Source of the DNA: a bacterium
Lineage (GTDB): Bacteria; Zhuqueibacterota; Zhuqueibacteria; Oceanimicrobiales; Oceanimicrobiaceae
Direction: 5' to 3'
Assembly: GCA_046757025.1 (NCBI GenBank)
Contig: JBHHXN010000050.1
Coordinates: 1-31,512, forward strand
Length of the DNA: 31,512 nucleotides
Numbering within the stretch: the stretch's first letter is position 1; each line of letters begins with the position of its first letter. Below the pieces are notes generated by a model. It made no database searches. It saw only the letters and a program-made list of their open reading frames with translations, and was not told the origin of the DNA. Positions 27,221 to 31,512 of this stretch are shown here, piece by piece. A program made the translations under genes and the position numbers.

Positions 27221-27468
27221 GTCATTCTGAGCGATTCCGCTCAGCGGAGAAACAAAGAATCTCATACCAATAAACTTGGAGAGAGAATAAAAGATAGTGG
27301 TCAAAGATTCTTCAATTGCCCGCTCAGCAAAAACACGTCAACCATAATTTGACAGGTCGTAAATCCTGATAAATCGGGATCTATGACCTGTCAAGAATAA
27401 GGACTTACAGGATATGTCTAAAACGTCAGGATGACACCAATTCGCTCATCAGGATCTCTCAGAATGAT
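27221..27468. repeat. Palindromic element with nested hairpin
   Basis: GTCATTCTGAG...CTCAGAATGAT termini; internal TTGACAGGTC (27349-58) / GACCTGTCAA (27385-94) stem. Confidence 0.65.
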
Positions 27469-27521
27469 ATTTTTTGAGTTAATTAGCTGACCGTTTTTCC
27501 AAAAATGTAAAGGCTTGCTTT

Positions 27522-28958
27522 TCATGCTGCCACATAGCAGGTTTTTACTGTGGTATAAAATTCCACGGCGTACCGACCCTGCTCTTTGCTGCCGTAACTG
27601 GAGCCTTTGCGTCCGCCAAACGGCACATGGTAGTCCACGCCTGCGGTGGGCAGGTTCACCATTACCATGCCGGCCTGGCAGTTTTGTTTAAAATCGCTGG
27701 CGTATTTCAACGAAGAGGTGCAGATACCGGCAGACAACCCGAAAGCGGTATTGTTGGCCACGGCCAGCGCTTGGTCGTAATCTTTCACGCGAATCAGACC
27801 CGCCACCGGGCCAAACACTTCTTCGCGATTCAGGCGCATATCGTTGGTGGTTTCGGTAAACAAAGCCGGCGACATGTAAAATCCTTCTTTTTCTCGCCGC
27901 AGCCGCTCGCCGCCATAAACCAGCTTGCCGCCTTCTTTTTTCCCGATTTCGATATATTCCAGATCTTTTTGAAGTTGATTTTTATCTACCACCGGCCCGA
28001 TGTCCGTGCTTTCGGCGAGGGCATCATCCACCGTGAGCTGCGACAGTTTCTCGATCATGGCAGCAACAAAACGATCATGGATTTTCTCGGTGACGATGAG
28101 CCGGCTGGACGCTGTACAACGCTGGCCGGTGGAAAAATAGGCGCCATTGATGGCCGCGTTAGCAGCCACCTCGAGGTCGGCGTCGTCCAGCACCACCAGC
28201 GGATTTTTCCCTCCCATTTCCAATTGCACTTTCGCCAATCGCTTCGCACAGTTCAATGCTAACTGCTGTCCGATTTCCACGGAACCAGTAAAGCTGACAC
28301 CGACGACATCGGGGTGAGCCACCAAAGCCTGACCCACTTTGGCGCCTTTACCCATGATCAGGTTAAACACGCCGGCGGGCAAGCCGGAGCGGGAAAGAAT
28401 TTCTGCCAGCGCCCAGGCACAACCCGGCACCAGCTCGGCCGGCTTAAAGACCACCGCGTTGCCAAACGCCAGGGCCGGCGCAATCTTCCAGGCCGGAATG
28501 GCCATGGGAAAGTTCCAGGGCGTGATCAACCCTACCACGCCGATGGGTTCGCGCGCGACGTCGATGGTAATGCCCGGCCGAACAGATGGGATGTGTTCAC
28601 CCGCCATGCGTAAGGCTTCTCCGGCAAAATATTTAAAAATCTGGCCGGCGCGCCCCACTTCGCCGATCCCCTCCAGCAGAGTTTTGCCTTCCTCTCTGGC
28701 CAGAAGCCGACCCAGCTCTTGTTTGCGCACGAGAATCTCACTGCCCACAAAATCCAGCACATCGAAACGCTGCTGCGGCGTGCTGTTCGCCCAACCAGCC
28801 GAGGCTGATTTGGCCGCCGATACCGCTAAATCGACTTGTTTGGTATCTGCTTGTGTGTACACGCCTACCACATCGCTCACATCGGAAGGATTGATGTTTT
28901 CTTTTGCCTCAGCCGAGTCAATCCACTCCCCGGCAATAAAATTGTTTTGTTGATCCAT
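27522..28958 (-). CDS. NAD(P)-dependent aldehyde dehydrogenase, probable 2-oxoglutarate semialdehyde dehydrogenase
   Basis: ITPWNFP, FTGS, LEMGGKNP, GQRCTA, EEVFGP; located in the hydroxyproline cluster. Confidence 0.88.
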   Translation of the reverse strand: MDQQNNFIAGEWIDSAEAKENINPSDVSDVVGVYTQADTKQVDLAVSAAKSASAGWANSTPQQRFDVLDFVGSEILVRKQELGRLLAREEGKTLLEGIGEVGRAGQIFKYFAGEALRMAGEHIPSVRPGITIDVAREPIGVVGLITPWNFPMAIPAWKIAPALAFGNAVVFKPAELVPGCAWALAEILSRSGLPAGVFNLIMGKGAKVGQALVAHPDVVGVSFTGSVEIGQQLALNCAKRLAKVQLEMGGKNPLVVLDDADLEVAANAAINGAYFSTGQRCTASSRLIVTEKIHDRFVAAMIEKLSQLTVDDALAESTDIGPVVDKNQLQKDLEYIEIGKKEGGKLVYGGERLRREKEGFYMSPALFTETTNDMRLNREEVFGPVAGLIRVKDYDQALAVANNTAFGLSAGICTSSLKYASDFKQNCQAGMVMVNLPTAGVDYHVPFGGRKGSSYGSKEQGRYAVEFYTTVKTCYVAA

Positions 28959-29011
28959 TCTTTTTATCCAATTGTTTAAATATTTTCAACTACTTGATTT
29001 TCGATGCTTTC

Positions 29012-29917
29012 CTAAATCTCTGGCAATTCCGGCCGGGTGGCAAGAGCCGAAGAAATGATTTCTTCAACGCGCGCCCGTTCTTCACCAGTGAGGGGCAACC
29101 TGGGTGCGCGTACGTGCTCGGTACCCAAGCCCGCCATGGCTTCCGCCAGTTTGATATTTTGCACTAATTTCGTTGAAACATCTAAATGCAGCAACGGCAT
29201 GAACCAGCGGTAAATTTTTCTGGCCTCTTCGATTCGGCCCGCCTGCACAAGCTGGTAGATGGCCACGGTTTCTCTGGGAAAAGCACACACCAGTCCCGCC
29301 AGCCAACCCACCGCGCCCAGCAGCAAACCTTCCAGCGCCAGATCATCCACCCCGATGAAAATTTGATAGCGGTCGCCCGTGCGGTTGATGATATCGGTGA
29401 TGCGGCGCACATCGTCGGAGGATTCTTTCACAGCCACAAATTTCGGCTCGTCTGCCAGCACCATAAACATTTCTGGAGTCACATCCACGCCGTACGCCAC
29501 CGGGTTGTTGTAAATCATGATCGGCAAATCGGAGGCCGAGGCAATTGTTCTCAGATAGTGTTCGGCTTCCCGACGGTCCGCTACATACCGCATGGGCGGT
29601 AAAACCATGAAGCCATCGGCGCCATTGGCCGCGCCTTTTTTCACGAATTCACAGGCGGCGGCGGTGGTAGATTCGGCCACACACGCTAAAACCGGCACAC
29701 GCCCGGCGCTGGTTTGCACAGCCGATTTCAACACCGCTTGTTTTTCCGCAGCGCTCAAAACGCCGTTTTCACCCAATGAACCGACCACCACCAGTCCGTG
29801 CACACCAGCCTCGATCATGGCGGCGTGATGTCTTTCCATGGCCGCAAAGTCCAGATTTTGATCTTTATTGAATTTTGTGGTTACAGCGGGAAAGACGCCT
29901 GACCAATTCGTGCCCAT
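29012..29917 (-). CDS. DapA/NAL family protein, probable delta1-pyrroline-4-hydroxy-2-carboxylate deaminase
   Basis: GVFPAVTT, GSLGE, IYNNP, KESS, GVDDL. The likely start is ATG 29917 with GGAGAG RBS; the track uses TTG 29929. Confidence 0.85.
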   Translation of the reverse strand: MGTNWSGVFPAVTTKFNKDQNLDFAAMERHHAAMIEAGVHGLVVVGSLGENGVLSAAEKQAVLKSAVQTSAGRVPVLACVAESTTAAACEFVKKGAANGADGFMVLPPMRYVADRREAEHYLRTIASASDLPIMIYNNPVAYGVDVTPEMFMVLADEPKFVAVKESSDDVRRITDIINRTGDRYQIFIGVDDLALEGLLLGAVGWLAGLVCAFPRETVAIYQLVQAGRIEEARKIYRWFMPLLHLDVSTKLVQNIKLAEAMAGLGTEHVRAPRLPLTGEERARVEEIISSALATRPELPEI

Positions 29918-29946
29918 TGTGCTCTCCAAATTATTTTCGACTGCGG

Positions 29947-29994
29947 TATATCAAAGTATATCGTTAATATATCAACCATATACAAACTTGTCAA
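29947..29994 (-). promoter_or_regulatory. Sigma70 promoter of the hydroxyproline operon overlapped by phased TATATC repeats
   Basis: Minus strand TTGACA (29994-89), 17-nt spacer, TATATT (29971-66). Plus strand TATATC at 29947, 29957 and 29968. Confidence 0.7.
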
Positions 29995-30222
29995 TAAAAA
30001 TTATTCGGTTTGAATATTTTTGGAATGAGTGAAGGGTTAAAAATGTAGTGATTCCAATGATTTTAGTCAAAATCAGATTCAAGACCGTTTGGCCAGAAAA
30101 AATTCTCGAGCTAATACGGAGCGTCGGAATGATTTCGATTGCGAATCTAAAATTAATTCCTTAAACTGTGCGCAACTTAATTTAAAAACATACTCCTGGA
30201 TTTCTGGAAAAAGTTTTACCAA

Positions 30223-31116
30223 ATGGGTTTACATCTTTTTGTGTGGTTGTTGTTGAGTGCCATTTGGGGCTCCACTTGGCTGTTCATCAAAATCGGTCTG
30301 GCCGATCTGCCGCCTTTTACTTTTGCCGGCATTCGTTTCGTCATCGCCGTCATTCCGCTGCTTATTTTATATTTCGCACGCAAACCGACGCTTCCAAAAT
30401 CCACCAGAGAGGTCGGTCTCATCTTGTTCACGGGTTTTCTGACTTTCAGTCTGAATTACGGCCTGGTTTTTTGGGGGGAAACTTTCATTTCGTCCGGACT
30501 TACCGCCATCATTTACACCAGCCTGCCGCTATTTGGCTTGATGCTGGCGCACGTTCATTTGCCCGCGGAGCCCATGACCGTGGTTAAAACCACCGGCGTT
30601 TTACTGGGCATCGCCGGCGTAACGCTGATTTTTTCAAACCAGATCCGCCTGGAAAATAAGTACGCATTCTGGGGCGCTCTGGCCATCGTGGCCGCAGCGC
30701 TAGTGACCGCCTACGCCGGCATTCTCATCAAAGCCCACGGCAGTCAGTTGGATCCCCTGGTTCTTACCATCGGCCAAATGTTAGTTGGATTCATGCCTCT
30801 GCTTGCCGCCGGCTTGATACTCGAAGGCAACCCGCTTGCGCACAACTGGACCCTAAAGGCGTGGTTGTCGCTCAGCTATCTCGCTTTGATCGGTTCCTCA
30901 CTCACTTTTGTCTTGCTCTACTGGCTCATGCAAAAAATGGCGGTCACAAAAACGCAATTGATTCCCTTAGCTAGCACGTTGTTAGCGGTTATTTTGGGTA
31001 ACATCATTCTCAATGAGGCATTGAACTGGCGAACCACGCTTGGCGGATTGGGTATTTTATCCGGGCTGGCGTTGACGAGCTGGGGGTACAAACGGGCACA
31101 TGAGTCAAAGAAGTGA
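30223..31116 (+). CDS. EamA/DMT family transporter
   Basis: IWGSTW, PPFTFAGIRF, about 10 TM segments, YLALIGS, ILNE. Confidence 0.9.
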   Translation: MGLHLFVWLLLSAIWGSTWLFIKIGLADLPPFTFAGIRFVIAVIPLLILYFARKPTLPKSTREVGLILFTGFLTFSLNYGLVFWGETFISSGLTAIIYTSLPLFGLMLAHVHLPAEPMTVVKTTGVLLGIAGVTLIFSNQIRLENKYAFWGALAIVAAALVTAYAGILIKAHGSQLDPLVLTIGQMLVGFMPLLAAGLILEGNPLAHNWTLKAWLSLSYLALIGSSLTFVLLYWLMQKMAVTKTQLIPLASTLLAVILGNIILNEALNWRTTLGGLGILSGLALTSWGYKRAHESKK

Positions 31117-31259
31117 CACACTCGCCGTAAAAGTCACGGTTTAAATCACCGATGTGGATTTTGGATGGCGGAATTGTAATCAAATTACTTCGCTCTGCAA
31201 TCCGCAATCGCATCATTCGTATCGCAACGCTTCATCCCGATGCTCGGGATCTGATTATC

Positions 31260-31391
31260 TTATTCATATTTTAAGGAGTCGACCGGATTCGCCAGCGCCA
31301 CCCGAATCGCCTGCGCGCTCACCGTCAATTGCGCGATCACCAGCGCCAGCCCACCCGCCAGCGCAAACACCCACCAGCCGATGTCAATGCG
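31260..31391 (-). pseudogene. C-terminal remnant of a MacB/FtsX-type ABC transporter permease
   Basis: Minus strand reads RIDIGWWVFALAGGLALVIAQLTVSAQAIRVALANPVDSLKYE*, with an in-frame stop upstream at 31410-12 and no start codon. Confidence 0.75.
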
Positions 31392-31512
31392 GAAGAAGAA
31401 ATCGATACCTTATAAAATAATTTTGTCAACTTTTACTTGCGCTTTTACAAAAATTTATTATATTAACCATAGTCACATATTAATAGTCATAAATTGAATT
31501 GAGATGTAAAGT

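Noticed and set aside
29012..29917. Assignment as dapA (lysine biosynthesis)
   Set aside because: It has GSLGE rather than GTTGE, and the hydroxyproline context favours the deaminase
31154..31420. 88-aa Pro/Ser-rich plus-strand ORF
   Set aside because: Antisense reading of the ABC permease remnant

Overview
The window has two unrelated blocks, almost all on the minus strand. (1) 70-10624 is a candidate RiPP-type peptide/protein modification system. In order of transcription: a sigma70 promoter, a PqqD/RRE-like protein, a radical SAM/SPASM enzyme, a stand-alone RRE, three more rSAM/SPASM enzymes, two paralogous Cys-rich precursor-like proteins, a GT2 glycosyltransferase and a multi-TM GT-C-like glycosyltransferase. 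Both precursors carry a twin-arginine (Tat-like) signal, a conserved Gly-Cys, CxC(D/N)xV hexapeptide repeats and an identical SYWYPN C-terminus. No peptidase or ABC exporter is seen in the cluster, which may continue past the left edge. I do not recognise this architecture as a characterised RiPP class; it is the most interesting signal here. (2) 11772-29994 is a hydroxyproline catabolic cluster. The 4-Hyp route has a Cys/Cys epimerase, a D-amino acid dehydrogenase, a DapA-family deaminase and an aldehyde dehydrogenase. The 3-Hyp route has a Cys/Thr dehydratase and an OCD/mu-crystallin reductase. The cluster also holds a GntR regulator, two peptidases, four enzymes of unassigned role and an inserted AT-rich PIN toxin-antitoxin pair. 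An EamA transporter is transcribed divergently. Intergenic regions are rich in palindromic repeat/MITE-like elements and small gene remnants. All calls are from reading motifs by eye; no database searches were run.
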